Shown in pieces: positions 1 to 9,161 of a DNA stretch of 64,000 nucleotides. The stretch is from Candidatus Eutrophovita brisbanensis (GTDB lineage Bacteria > Pseudomonadota > Gammaproteobacteria > Burkholderiales > Eutrophovitaceae). The first letter of the stretch is position 1; the number at the start of each line of letters is the position of its first letter. The stretch lies in NCBI GenBank assembly GCA_038147395.1, contig JAYQTM010000001.1:1885508-1949507 (forward strand), given 5' to 3'. The notes beneath the pieces are model-generated. The model saw only the letters and a list, made by a program, of their open reading frames with translations. It made no database searches and was not told where the DNA came from. Position numbers and translations under genes: made by a program.

Positions 1-338
1 AACTCACGCAATTGATCGCGAAGCACGTCTCCAACGGCGTAAAGATCTCCAGAATAATTATTTTCCTCTCGTAAAATACGGGCCAGCGAGTACCCGCGAC
101 CATCCGTAAACGAAAGAAATTGAATTGCAAGGTGATCGGGATAGGTATTCAAATCACCTGGCTCCTGGTCAACGCTCAACCATGCGCCCAGGGTATCTCG
201 TCTCGATTCTCGAGTATTCTCATCCAATGCCAGCCAATCGGCATAGGGGATAAATATACTGACTGAACCAAGGGGCTGCGTATCACCATCACTGATAGCC
301 CACGTCGAATCGACAACAATACGGTTTTTAATGTGCAC
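1..338 (-). CDS. DUF934-family protein (sulfite-reductase-associated), N-terminal part only; runs off the window edge
   Basis: Hand translation of the minus strand from GTG at 338 (overlaps the cysI stop by 11 nt) gives MHIKNRIVVDSTWAISDGD...FLSFTDGRGYSLARILREENNYSGDLYAVGDVLRDQLRE. I recall the FTDGRGYS..AR.LR / GDVL.DQL block as the DUF934 signature. A position directly downstream of cysI is typical. It is missing from the ORF track because it is open at the edge. Confidence 0.6.
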   Translation of the reverse strand, partial: MHIKNRIVVDSTWAISDGDTQPLGSVSIFIPYADWLALDENTRESRRDTLGAWLSVDQEPGDLNTYPDHLAIQFLSFTDGRGYSLARILREENNYSGDLYAVGDVLRDQLRE

Positions 339-1986
339 TGTAGACTCGCTCCTTGAATGGTTCGATACCGACTCGCTCCACAAAGTCTGAAAAACGTTCT
401 TCCTCTGAATCTCTGCGTTCCACGTAAACTCGCAGTAAATTCTCGACCACTTGCGGGATATCGCCTCTAGGGAATGATTTTCCAATCACTTTGCCGATCG
501 ATGCATTAAGACCTTGGCGGCCACCAATAGTGACTTGATACCATTCCTCGCCGTGCTTATCGACACCCAAAATTCCAATATTTCCGATGTGATGGTGTCC
601 GCATGAATTCATACACCCCGAGATATTCAATTCAAGTGGGCCGATGTCATGACAAAAATCCAGGTCATCGACTCGTTCCTGAATCGCCTTAGCAACCGGT
701 ATCGCAACTGCATTTGCAAGGGAGCAAAAATCTCCCCCAGGACATGCAATGACATCGGTCACTAATCCGATGTTCGGACTACTCAACCCGAGTTGCGTAA
801 GCTCTCTCCAAACCAACTCAACCTCCTTATTTTGAACATGGGGTAACACTAAATTTTGTGTATGAGTTACCCGAATTTCTCCAAAACTGAAGCGATCAGC
901 GAGCTCTGCAACAGCGTCCATCTGACTGGCCGACAAATCTCCAGGCGGTGAGCCCGTTTTCTTCAGTGACGCGTAGACCGCGCTATAGCCATTGACTCGA
1001 TGAGGTTTTACATTTCGATTAGCCCAGGTTTGATATGCCAAATCGTCATTTAAATGCACTAAATCTTCAAACGATACGAAATCCTCATTATTGAATTGAT
1101 ACGTCGAGAATTGCCGCTCAATCGATTGAATGTGCGCACTATTAAGTGGAGGGACGCTCACTCGCGTCTTAATAAATTCCTCTTCGACCTTTTCCGCGAA
1201 TACAGATGGTGTTAATTCCTTTACCAAGATCTTGATACGTGCTTTGTATTTGTTATCTCTCCTGCCATAGCGGTTATAAACTCGCATGATCGCCTCGAGG
1301 TAACTTAGTAAGTGCGTCGAAGTCACAAAGTCTCGGATTGAATGTCCGATAATCGGCGTCCTACCCAATCCACCGCCAACAAATATTTCGAATCCGACTT
1401 CGTCGTTATCACCTTTTTTCGCGATGATACCGATGTCGTGAAGCTTCACTGCAGCGCGGTCAACAGATGATCCACTCACGGCGATTTTAAATTTCCTGGG
1501 TAGATAGCCAAACTCTGGATGTAGCGTCGACCACTGCCGTATGAGCTCACACCATACCAACGGGTTCACAACTTCATCCACGGCAACCCCCGCTAGCTCA
1601 TCAGTCGTGACATTACGAATGCAATTACCGCTGGTCTGAACTGCATGCATTTGAACTTCGGCAAGTCGGGACAATACGTCGGGTACTTTCTCAAGAGAAA
1701 GCCAGTTAAACTGAATATTCTGTCGAGTCGTGAAGTGTCCGTAGCCTTTATCAAAATCACGTGAAATGCTCGCGAGCGCTCTCAACTGTCGGGAAGACAG
1801 TAACCCGTACGGTATCGCCACACGAAGCATTGGTGCGTGCTTCTGGATATACAACCCATTTTTAAGGCGTAGAGGCCTGAAATCATCTTCGGAAAGATCT
1901 CCACTGAGGTACCGATTCATCTGATCACGAAATTGAACTACTCTTTGATTGACTATTCGCTGATCGTGTTCTTGGTATGCGTACAT
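328..1986 (-). CDS. cysI: assimilatory sulfite reductase hemoprotein (NirA/CysI family, siroheme/4Fe-4S)
   Basis: 573-aa ORF. The likely true start is ATG 1986 (MYAYQEHDQRIV...), because the upstream extension overlaps the preceding permease gene. Cys cluster motifs ACPGGDFCSLA and SGCMNSCGHHHIGNIGILG are present. A DUF934 gene follows. Confidence 0.85.
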   Translation of the reverse strand: MYAYQEHDQRIVNQRVVQFRDQMNRYLSGDLSEDDFRPLRLKNGLYIQKHAPMLRVAIPYGLLSSRQLRALASISRDFDKGYGHFTTRQNIQFNWLSLEKVPDVLSRLAEVQMHAVQTSGNCIRNVTTDELAGVAVDEVVNPLVWCELIRQWSTLHPEFGYLPRKFKIAVSGSSVDRAAVKLHDIGIIAKKGDNDEVGFEIFVGGGLGRTPIIGHSIRDFVTSTHLLSYLEAIMRVYNRYGRRDNKYKARIKILVKELTPSVFAEKVEEEFIKTRVSVPPLNSAHIQSIERQFSTYQFNNEDFVSFEDLVHLNDDLAYQTWANRNVKPHRVNGYSAVYASLKKTGSPPGDLSASQMDAVAELADRFSFGEIRVTHTQNLVLPHVQNKEVELVWRELTQLGLSSPNIGLVTDVIACPGGDFCSLANAVAIPVAKAIQERVDDLDFCHDIGPLELNISGCMNSCGHHHIGNIGILGVDKHGEEWYQVTIGGRQGLNASIGKVIGKSFPRGDIPQVVENLLRVYVERRDSEEERFSDFVERVGIEPFKERVYSAH

Positions 1987-2011
1987 GACGTTATGAATGA
2001 TTGCGTATTTT

Positions 2012-2788
2012 CTAAAAAATGAGAGCAATTCCGACAGCGAATAAAACACTGCCGATGACCCACTGGAGTGCCACCTCTGGAATTTTGTGAGCGACTAAGC
2101 TGCCCACAATGACTCCGGGTATTGATCCCAACAAAAGCGTAAACAGCAAGGAATAATCTACGGAGCCTAGAAAGGCATGACTTACCCCCGCGACAAGCGT
2201 TAGTGGGACGGCATGAACGATATCGGTGCCGGCGAGGTGATTTGCAGGAATACTTGGGTAGAGGATTAACAATGCGGTCACTCCGAGTGCTCCAGCACCG
2301 ACAGATGTCAAGGTGACCAAAACACCCAAAACTGCACCAAGTAGTAACGTCGCAATTAATATCTTTTGACTGCGTGTACTGGACGTCGGTATAAAAGAAC
2401 CCGATAAAGCAATCAAACGTTTTCTAAATACGAAACTAACGGCTGTCACGCAGAGCATGAAGCCTAAAGTTTGGGTAATCACACTTGAGGTTTGGGAAGA
2501 GACATGCGTCGGCCCCAAAAAATAAATCGATGTCAAAATCGCAGCAGGCAGACTACCCAACGCCAGTAGGGACGCCAGCTTCCAATTGATTGAGCCTAAC
2601 TTACCCCGGAATATGGAACATCCCGTCTTGGTAAGACCTGCATACAACAAATCGGTGCCTACAGCCGTCGCCGGAGGCACTCCAAAACCCATAACAAGCA
2701 AGGGCGTCATCAAGGATCCACCACCAACCCCTGATACGCCAATGATGAGGCCAACGAGTAACCCAGAAACGACAAACAAGAAATCCAT
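2012..2788 (-). CDS. TauE/SafE (DUF81) family anion/sulfite-type permease
   Basis: Polytopic membrane protein with the repeated G-rich motifs VSGVGGGSLMTPLL and TSVGAGALGV. Start probably ATG 2788 (MDFLFVV...). Confidence 0.75.
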   Translation of the reverse strand: MDFLFVVSGLLVGLIIGVSGVGGGSLMTPLLVMGFGVPPATAVGTDLLYAGLTKTGCSIFRGKLGSINWKLASLLALGSLPAAILTSIYFLGPTHVSSQTSSVITQTLGFMLCVTAVSFVFRKRLIALSGSFIPTSSTRSQKILIATLLLGAVLGVLVTLTSVGAGALGVTALLILYPSIPANHLAGTDIVHAVPLTLVAGVSHAFLGSVDYSLLFTLLLGSIPGVIVGSLVAHKIPEVALQWVIGSVLFAVGIALIF

Positions 2789-2882
2789 CCAACAATCCTT
2801 CACATGCGAGCGACGGATTGTGAACGACTTATTATATTATTTGAAGTAATTTAAAATAATATTGATATTCTTATTTGATATT

Positions 2883-3686
2883 TTAACGTGATAGTGACTT
2901 CAACTCGTTGATCCCCTCAGTCAGAGCCGATTGCAAAAGCATAGAGTCGACGCCAAAAGCGAACATCCTAAAACCCCAGTCCCAATACTGCACACTCCAT
3001 TCGGAGGAGGCAGACATACACCCCAAAGCCTTTCCACTCCTCTTTGCAGCATTTGTAATTTTTTCAATTGCCTCAATATATTTTTTGTGTTCGAACTGAC
3101 CGGGTATACCCAAAAAATTCGATAAATCAAAATGTCCAAGCCAGATGACATCAATACCCGGCACTGCAGCTATTTCCTCAACGTGACTCAACCCCTCTTG
3201 GGTCTCGATCAACGCCATAACCAAAACATTGTCATTTGACGACTGAATGCTCTCCGACACATTCCCGTGCTTATAATCATCTGCTGCAAATCCAAATGCA
3301 GCCCCTCTTCTCCCATGAGGTGGATACTTTGTACAGGAGACTATGAATTCTGCTTCTTCGGCACTCCCCACCATGGGCACCATGATTCCCTTCGCCCCAA
3401 GGTCTAATGCCCTAGAAATGTACTGATACTGGTTCGCTGGCACTCGACACATTGGTGTCAGATCGATCCCTCGACATAGAGCGATCTGAGTCTTTAAGGT
3501 CTCATATCCAGTCCCCGCATGCTCCATGTCAAAAAGCAAAAATTCAGCGCCTGAGGAACGTACAATTTGGGGCAAACCTGGAACTAAAAACTCCCAACCA
3601 AAAGTTCCGAAAGAAGCCTCTCCACTAAGCAGCTTTTGTTTTACTTGATTCTTCGTCACACCAACCTCCATTGAATGTGTGGCCAA
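2883..3686 (-). CDS. HpcH/HpaI-family class II aldolase (2-keto-3-deoxy-acid aldolase type)
   Basis: 267 aa. The FDMEHAG..., CRVP..., ALDLGAKGIMVPMVGSAEEA...YPPHGRRG pattern is typical of HpcH/HpaI aldolases. Confidence 0.75.
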   Translation of the reverse strand: MATHSMEVGVTKNQVKQKLLSGEASFGTFGWEFLVPGLPQIVRSSGAEFLLFDMEHAGTGYETLKTQIALCRGIDLTPMCRVPANQYQYISRALDLGAKGIMVPMVGSAEEAEFIVSCTKYPPHGRRGAAFGFAADDYKHGNVSESIQSSNDNVLVMALIETQEGLSHVEEIAAVPGIDVIWLGHFDLSNFLGIPGQFEHKKYIEAIEKITNAAKRSGKALGCMSASSEWSVQYWDWGFRMFAFGVDSMLLQSALTEGINELKSLSR

Positions 3687-3706
3687 CCTTAGACTCTTTG
3701 AAACGA

Positions 3707-4462
3707 TTACATGGCGACACTGAATCCGCCATCAATTGTCAAAACGTGCCCGTTAATGTAGGCAGCCTCCTCGGAGGATAAAAATACTGCAGCGGCACCA
3801 ATTTCTTCGACTGCTCCCCATCTCCCTGATGGAACACGATCACACACCCAATTATTGAACTCTTTATCTGAAATTAACGCTTCATTCATCTCGGTCGCAA
3901 AGTACCCAGGAGCAATTACATTAACCGTAATACCTGCCCCACCAAGCTCAACGGCTAACTGTCGCGCAAGCGCGTGTACACCACCCTTAGACGCAATGTA
4001 TGCAGATATCGTGGGACGACCCATATTTGCCGTAATGGAGCCTGTGAAAATAATGCGCCCCGACTGCCTGGATTTCATACCTGGAGCAACACTCTTTGCG
4101 AGCGCCCAAACCCCACCCAAATTGGTGTCGATGACTCTCCGAAAATCAGAGTCAGAAAAGCTTTCGATAGTCGAACGATGCTGTATCCCCGCGTTAGCAA
4201 TCAAGACATCGATTTTCCCCAGCTTTTTTAATAACGCGTCGATCGCCATCTGACGCTCGTCAGTATCGGAGACATCAAACGGCACCACCTCCGCTTGAAA
4301 CCCTTGCTCCTTGAGTTCATTTGATCGAGTAATCAAGGTCTTCCTATCTCGCCCATTCAAACAAACTGTAGCTCCCTGCTGAGCGAGTGACTTTGCCATA
4401 CCCCAACCCAAGCCTCTCGATGCTCCAGATATCAACGCAACTTTTCCATCAAGCCGAAACAT
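3707..4462 (-). CDS. short-chain dehydrogenase/reductase (gluconate-5-dehydrogenase/FabG-like)
   Basis: Cofactor motif ISGASRGLGWG and catalytic YIASK. ATG 4462 is preceded by GGAGGTGAT. The longer ORF start at 4540 runs through the upstream terminator. Confidence 0.8.
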   Translation of the reverse strand: MFRLDGKVALISGASRGLGWGMAKSLAQQGATVCLNGRDRKTLITRSNELKEQGFQAEVVPFDVSDTDERQMAIDALLKKLGKIDVLIANAGIQHRSTIESFSDSDFRRVIDTNLGGVWALAKSVAPGMKSRQSGRIIFTGSITANMGRPTISAYIASKGGVHALARQLAVELGGAGITVNVIAPGYFATEMNEALISDKEFNNWVCDRVPSGRWGAVEEIGAAAVFLSSEEAAYINGHVLTIDGGFSVAM

Positions 4463-4500
4463 ATCACCTCCACACGTTTTCAAAATACTAGAGCGCAGAT

Positions 4501-4527
4501 AAAAAACGCCGCTTAAGCGGCGTTTTT
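4501..4527 (-). terminator. rho-independent terminator after qor (symmetric, could act on both strands)
   Basis: AAAAAACGCCGC-TTAA-GCGGCGTTTTT. A perfect GC-rich stem flanked by A and T runs, 17 nt downstream of the qor stop. Confidence 0.8.
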
Positions 4528-4543
4528 CAGAACACAACAAACG

Positions 4544-5515
4544 TCAGGGTTTAAATACTGTTGATCCCGTCGTTTTTCTTGCAGCAAGATCTTTATGCGC
4601 TTGCACCGCATCCGAAAGAGCATAGCGCTGATTGATTTCAATTTTTACCTTACCTGATTTGATCACGCTGAATAAGTCCTTCGCACCCGCCTCAAGATCC
4701 GAGCGCTGCGCCGTGTAAGTCATGATCGTTGGTCGACACAAATAGAACGAACCTTTGGCCAAAATGTTCACGTCGACATCTTTCACAGGTCCAGATCCGT
4801 TACCAAATACAGCAAGCAGACCGCGCGGCTGCAAACAATCCAGAGATCCCTGAAAGGTATCTTTTCCTACTGAATCAAACACTACCGGAACGCCACGACC
4901 TTTCGTAATTTCTCGAACCCTATCCGCAAAATTCTCCTTCGAGTAATTAATCGTGTGGTGACAACCATGGGCCTTGGCAATTTTTGCTTTGGCATCAGAT
5001 CCGACCGTTCCGATCACTGTCGCTCCGAGCGCATTTAGCCACTGGCATGCGATCAAGCCCACACCACCCGCTGCCGCATGAAAGAGCACCGTCTCACCCT
5101 TTTGGACTCGGTATACCCTGCGAATCAACATCTGTACCGTCAATCCTTTCAGCATAACCGCCGCGGCCTCGTCATCAGAAACACCCCGAGGAACTTTCAC
5201 CAACTTTTCTGCTGGCATGACTCTTTCTTCTGCATACGCTCCAGTTGGGCCACCGGCATAAGCTACTCTATCTCCAGGCTTCACGTGTGAGACACCCGCA
5301 CCGACTGCCTCGACGACACCTGCACCCTCGAGACCGATCCCACTTGGCAATGGCAATGGATAGAGACCAGATCGATGATACGTATCAATAAAATTGAGCC
5401 CTATGGCTGTGTGCCTAATCCTTGCTTCACCACGCCCTGGTTTACCCACCACGACATCCTCAAAAGACAACACTTCCGGCCCACCGGTTTTGTGAAACTT
5501 TACTGCTTTAGTCAT
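4544..5515 (-). CDS. qor: NADPH:quinone oxidoreductase (zeta-crystallin type MDR)
   Basis: 323 aa. Qor-like N-terminus MTKAVKFHKTGGPEVL... and nucleotide motif AAAGGVG. Confidence 0.8.
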   Translation of the reverse strand: MTKAVKFHKTGGPEVLSFEDVVVGKPGRGEARIRHTAIGLNFIDTYHRSGLYPLPLPSGIGLEGAGVVEAVGAGVSHVKPGDRVAYAGGPTGAYAEERVMPAEKLVKVPRGVSDDEAAAVMLKGLTVQMLIRRVYRVQKGETVLFHAAAGGVGLIACQWLNALGATVIGTVGSDAKAKIAKAHGCHHTINYSKENFADRVREITKGRGVPVVFDSVGKDTFQGSLDCLQPRGLLAVFGNGSGPVKDVDVNILAKGSFYLCRPTIMTYTAQRSDLEAGAKDLFSVIKSGKVKIEINQRYALSDAVQAHKDLAARKTTGSTVFKP

Positions 5516-5535
5516 AAAACGCTCCGATTTGATTT

Positions 5536-6036
5536 CTATCTGACAAATTGATTAACAAAATCCGCTCCAAGCCCAACCTCCTCGTAGTGGGCCTGACACA
5601 TTTCTAACTTCGTAAAAACGTCCTCGTACCCTATCGTGCTCCCCTTTTCATCGACATAAATCATGGCACCGTTGACATTGAACATCGTGATCATTTCTTC
5701 AACACCCTCGTCAACGACAAGAGTGTGAACTTCTCCTGGGGGCTCATAAACAAATCCACCCTGCTCTGCGACCCAGTCATGCTCCAAGTAATGCCAGCGA
5801 CCCTTAATCACGTACCCATAGACAGCCATCGGATGTCTGTGGCGAGATAGAACACCACTTTTTCGAACACGAAGTAAATTAAACCAGCCACCACTGACAG
5901 TGTTTAACATCAAAGGACGAAACCATACACCAGGCGCCTGAGGCACCCAAACTCGTTCGTCATCTGGAACAGCCTGGGTCACAATCTCTGCTTGCATACC
6001 AAGCGCCGACAACATATTCATATCCGCTGAATTCAC
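5536..6036 (-). CDS. cupin-fold protein, 2,4'-dihydroxyacetophenone dioxygenase-like family
   Basis: 166 aa. Cupin His motifs SRHRHPMAVYGYVIKGRWHY...EPPGEVHTL. Confidence 0.55.
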   Translation of the reverse strand: MNSADMNMLSALGMQAEIVTQAVPDDERVWVPQAPGVWFRPLMLNTVSGGWFNLLRVRKSGVLSRHRHPMAVYGYVIKGRWHYLEHDWVAEQGGFVYEPPGEVHTLVVDEGVEEMITMFNVNGAMIYVDEKGSTIGYEDVFTKLEMCQAHYEEVGLGADFVNQFVR

Positions 6037-6090
6037 TTACTCGGACTCCTTAATCAGTTTGGAAAAATGATGCTCGAGAGACTCTCTTAG

Positions 6091-7308
6091 CTACGAACTC
6101 TTCTCGATGAAGTTTTTTATCTGCGGGTAGATGAGCGATCTAAACTTTCGGCCGCTGAAAATACCGTAATGCCCAACCCCTTTTGCGAGTAAATGTTTCC
6201 GCTGTCGCTTAGGAATATTGGAACAAAGTTTCTGGGCAGACTCGGTCTGTCCATTACCGGATATATCGTCTAGTTCTCCCTCGATCGTAAATAGCGCCGT
6301 ACCTTCAATCGCGGATGGTTCAACCAACTCGCCACCGATTTCCCATTTACCCTTTGGTAATAAAAATTCCTGAAATACAACTCTCACCGTATCTAGATAA
6401 TACTCCGCGGGCATATCTAAAACTGCGTTGTACTCGTCATAGAACTGTCGGTGTGCCTCCGCACTGTCCTGATCACCCTGCATGAGGTGTTTATAAAACT
6501 CCCAATGAGCATTTAGATGTCTATCAGGATTCATTGCCATAAAACTGGCGTGTTGCATGAATCCCGGGTACACGCGCCGCGCAAACCCCGGATAGTTCTG
6601 CGGCACGCGCATGATCATCTGGTTGGCAAACCACTGATGAGAATGTTGGTCAGCGAATTGATTGACTGCAGTAGGGCTCAACCGCGCATCGATTGGACCA
6701 CCCATCATAATCATTGATTGAGGGCTTTCTTTCTCTCCATTACTGGCCATCAACGAAATTGCAGCGAGCACAGGAACCGTAGGCTGGCACACTGACATGA
6801 CATTGAGCTCTGGGGCCAGAGCTCTGATGAACTCTCGGATGTAAGCAACATAATCATCCAAACTAAAGGCGCCCTCTGAAAGCGGGACCATCTTGGCATC
6901 AACCCAATCCGTGACCCACACATCGTGATCAATAAGTGCGGTGCGTACAGTGTCTCTCAACAAGGTCGCAAAGTGTCCAGACAAAGGCGCAACAATTAAG
7001 AGTTTCGGCCCCTTATTTTGAATATTTTTTTCAAAATGAATTAACTTACAAAAAGGCTTATCGACAACGATGTGTTTGTCCACCGAGACCTCTTCTCCAT
7101 TAACGGATACCGAGTCAATGTCCCATTCAGGCTTGTGATAGCGTTGCATCAGGCGAGTGAATAACTCGGTGTTTGCGGTGATGGTTCGCGTCAGAGGCAG
7201 CGTATGAAATGGATTATAGGGACTCGACACGGTCTCTTTAATCAATCCAGCTGCAGCGACAGCTGGCGCGAGCAATGAACGCTGGAGCTCGTGGAACGCG
7301 TATAACAT
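6091..7308 (-). CDS. phaZ: intracellular polyhydroxyalkanoate depolymerase
   Basis: 405 aa. Characteristic N-terminus MLYAFHELQRSLLAP... and overall pattern of intracellular PhaZ as I recall it. Confidence 0.75.
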   Translation of the reverse strand: MLYAFHELQRSLLAPAVAAAGLIKETVSSPYNPFHTLPLTRTITANTELFTRLMQRYHKPEWDIDSVSVNGEEVSVDKHIVVDKPFCKLIHFEKNIQNKGPKLLIVAPLSGHFATLLRDTVRTALIDHDVWVTDWVDAKMVPLSEGAFSLDDYVAYIREFIRALAPELNVMSVCQPTVPVLAAISLMASNGEKESPQSMIMMGGPIDARLSPTAVNQFADQHSHQWFANQMIMRVPQNYPGFARRVYPGFMQHASFMAMNPDRHLNAHWEFYKHLMQGDQDSAEAHRQFYDEYNAVLDMPAEYYLDTVRVVFQEFLLPKGKWEIGGELVEPSAIEGTALFTIEGELDDISGNGQTESAQKLCSNIPKRQRKHLLAKGVGHYGIFSGRKFRSLIYPQIKNFIEKSS

Positions 7309-7410
7309 GAGAATCCCTTTTATTTTATGTTCTTGCTATTTTCTCAGAAAATAATGACATCATCCGACCAAAACAATCTAACCAAAATTTGTGTTGGTCC
7401 GAGTCATTGA

Positions 7411-8412
7411 CTAAATCGAAAACGGCTCATCCATTGCACTTATTTGCTCGCGAATGTGATTCATGTGCTCTTCCCAAAATCGTTGAGTCGAAAACCATGG
7501 AAACGCGGTTTGAAACGCAGGGTCGTTCCAGCGGTTTGCTAACCACCCAGCATAATTAATCATGCGCAGTGTCCTTAATGGCTCTATCAATAGAACTTCG
7601 CTGTAGTCAAAATCTCGAAATTGCTCGTAGCCTTTTAAAATCTCCCGAAGCTGTCTTTGCATGGATTCTCGATCTCCGGATAAGAGCATCCATAAGTCCT
7701 GGATTGATGGACCCATCACTGAGTCATCGAGATCCACAAAGCACATCGTGTCGTCCGAGACCAATACATTGCCAATGTGACAGTCTCCAAGCAAACGGAT
7801 ATCTCGAGAGTCACCACGGCCAGAAAATCGATCCTGAATTTCCGAAAGCGCACGCTGAATTAGCCCATCATAGACGTCTGACAATCCCTCTGGCAGATAT
7901 CCAGACGCCAACACATCCCTAGATGGTCCAAATCCAAACTGTTGCACATCGATTTTGGGCCGCACGTCATATCGACGAATCGATCCTTTGAGATGCGTCC
8001 TGGCAATCAATCGCCCCATCCATCTCAAAACTGAATCATCCTCTAAATTTGGTGCTCTTCCCCCGACTTTGTCGAAAACAGAGAACATGAAATTCCCAGC
8101 CTCAAAAATGGACCGCTCTGATCGACACAAAGGTGGCACAACCGGGATTTCATCGTCAACGAGCTCAAAAGAAAAACTATGCTCTTCTAAAATTTGCTCT
8201 TTTGACCATCGCCCCGGTCGGTAGAATTTAACAACGATATCGAACTCTCGATCTTGCTCATAAACACCCACTTGGTAGACGCGGTTCTCGTAACTGTTCA
8301 AAGGAAACAACTTGCCAGTCGTTTGCCACCCGTTAGCATCCAACCCATCTAGGATTAACTCTGGGGTCAACGCGTCATAGGGAGCATTCTCACCAAGTGA
8401 TTTCATTTTCAA
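7411..8412 (-). CDS. srkA: stress-response Ser/Thr kinase SrkA (YihE/RdoA)
   Basis: Collinear with E. coli YihE: LNSYENRVYQV, VKFYRPGRWS..QILEEH, LLGDCHIGNVL, FVDLDD...GP.IQDLWMLL, AFPWF. Confidence 0.85.
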   Translation of the reverse strand: MKMKSLGENAPYDALTPELILDGLDANGWQTTGKLFPLNSYENRVYQVGVYEQDREFDIVVKFYRPGRWSKEQILEEHSFSFELVDDEIPVVPPLCRSERSIFEAGNFMFSVFDKVGGRAPNLEDDSVLRWMGRLIARTHLKGSIRRYDVRPKIDVQQFGFGPSRDVLASGYLPEGLSDVYDGLIQRALSEIQDRFSGRGDSRDIRLLGDCHIGNVLVSDDTMCFVDLDDSVMGPSIQDLWMLLSGDRESMQRQLREILKGYEQFRDFDYSEVLLIEPLRTLRMINYAGWLANRWNDPAFQTAFPWFSTQRFWEEHMNHIREQISAMDEPFSI

Positions 8413-8462
8413 AATCTACCTGACAAACCAGCACACGTACTCTTCGAGCAACATATCGCGAA

Positions 8463-9146
8463 CTAACGAGGATACGACCCGGCATTAACATCAAGAGTCG
8501 TTCCGGAGACATAGACAGGGCTCGTCGACCCGAGCCAAAACACCGCATCAGCAACTTCATCAGGTAAGCACGGCCTTTTGCAATGCACGCTATTCATCAC
8601 CGACGTTTTACGAGACTCGGGCAGTTGTTCGTACATCTCTGTCAAAGTAGGGCCGGGAGCTACGGCGTTGACGAGCACACCGAACTGGCCTAGGTGAGCC
8701 GCATAGCTCTTGGTCAGATTAAGTAACGCAGCCTTCGTCGCCCCGTACCATAAATCCGGATGTCCAGTAAACGCGGACACGGAGCCCACTGACACAATGC
8801 GGCCTGATTTTCTCGCGACCATTTGAGGTGATACAGCATCAATTAACTTAGCCGGCGCCAGCAAGTTGACCTTGATGATCTCCTGAATATGATGCTCTGG
8901 GATCTGATCAATCGGATCACAATAGAGCACCGCCGCGTTGTTAATCAAAACATTGATCTCTCCGAGTGATTGAACCAGATTTGAAATCCCCTCTACATCA
9001 GTCAGATCATAATCAATACGCGTACCAATTACGTCATTCTTGAATTCTTTATCTAATGAAAAAACATTCCAATCGTGTGACAAGAATTTTTTAGCGATGG
9101 CAAATCCGATACCTCGGCCTGCCCCTGTGATTAGAACGTTAGACAT
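8463..9146 (-). CDS. short-chain dehydrogenase/reductase
   Basis: 227 aa. TGAGRGIG cofactor motif, NNAA, catalytic YGATK. Confidence 0.8.
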   Translation of the reverse strand: MSNVLITGAGRGIGFAIAKKFLSHDWNVFSLDKEFKNDVIGTRIDYDLTDVEGISNLVQSLGEINVLINNAAVLYCDPIDQIPEHHIQEIIKVNLLAPAKLIDAVSPQMVARKSGRIVSVGSVSAFTGHPDLWYGATKAALLNLTKSYAAHLGQFGVLVNAVAPGPTLTEMYEQLPESRKTSVMNSVHCKRPCLPDEVADAVFWLGSTSPVYVSGTTLDVNAGSYPR

Positions 9147-9161
9147 TTAAATCGACCTTGA

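Noticed and set aside
1987-2049. 5' extensions of track ORFs that overlap upstream genes: cysI to 2049, SDR to 4540, nuoC to 31237, yhbY from 41319, htpG to 17007, ppiB from 59418
   Set aside because: In each case an internal ATG gives an N-terminus that matches the family, often with a Shine-Dalgarno sequence. The extensions overlap neighbouring genes or a terminator and show no similarity to the family.
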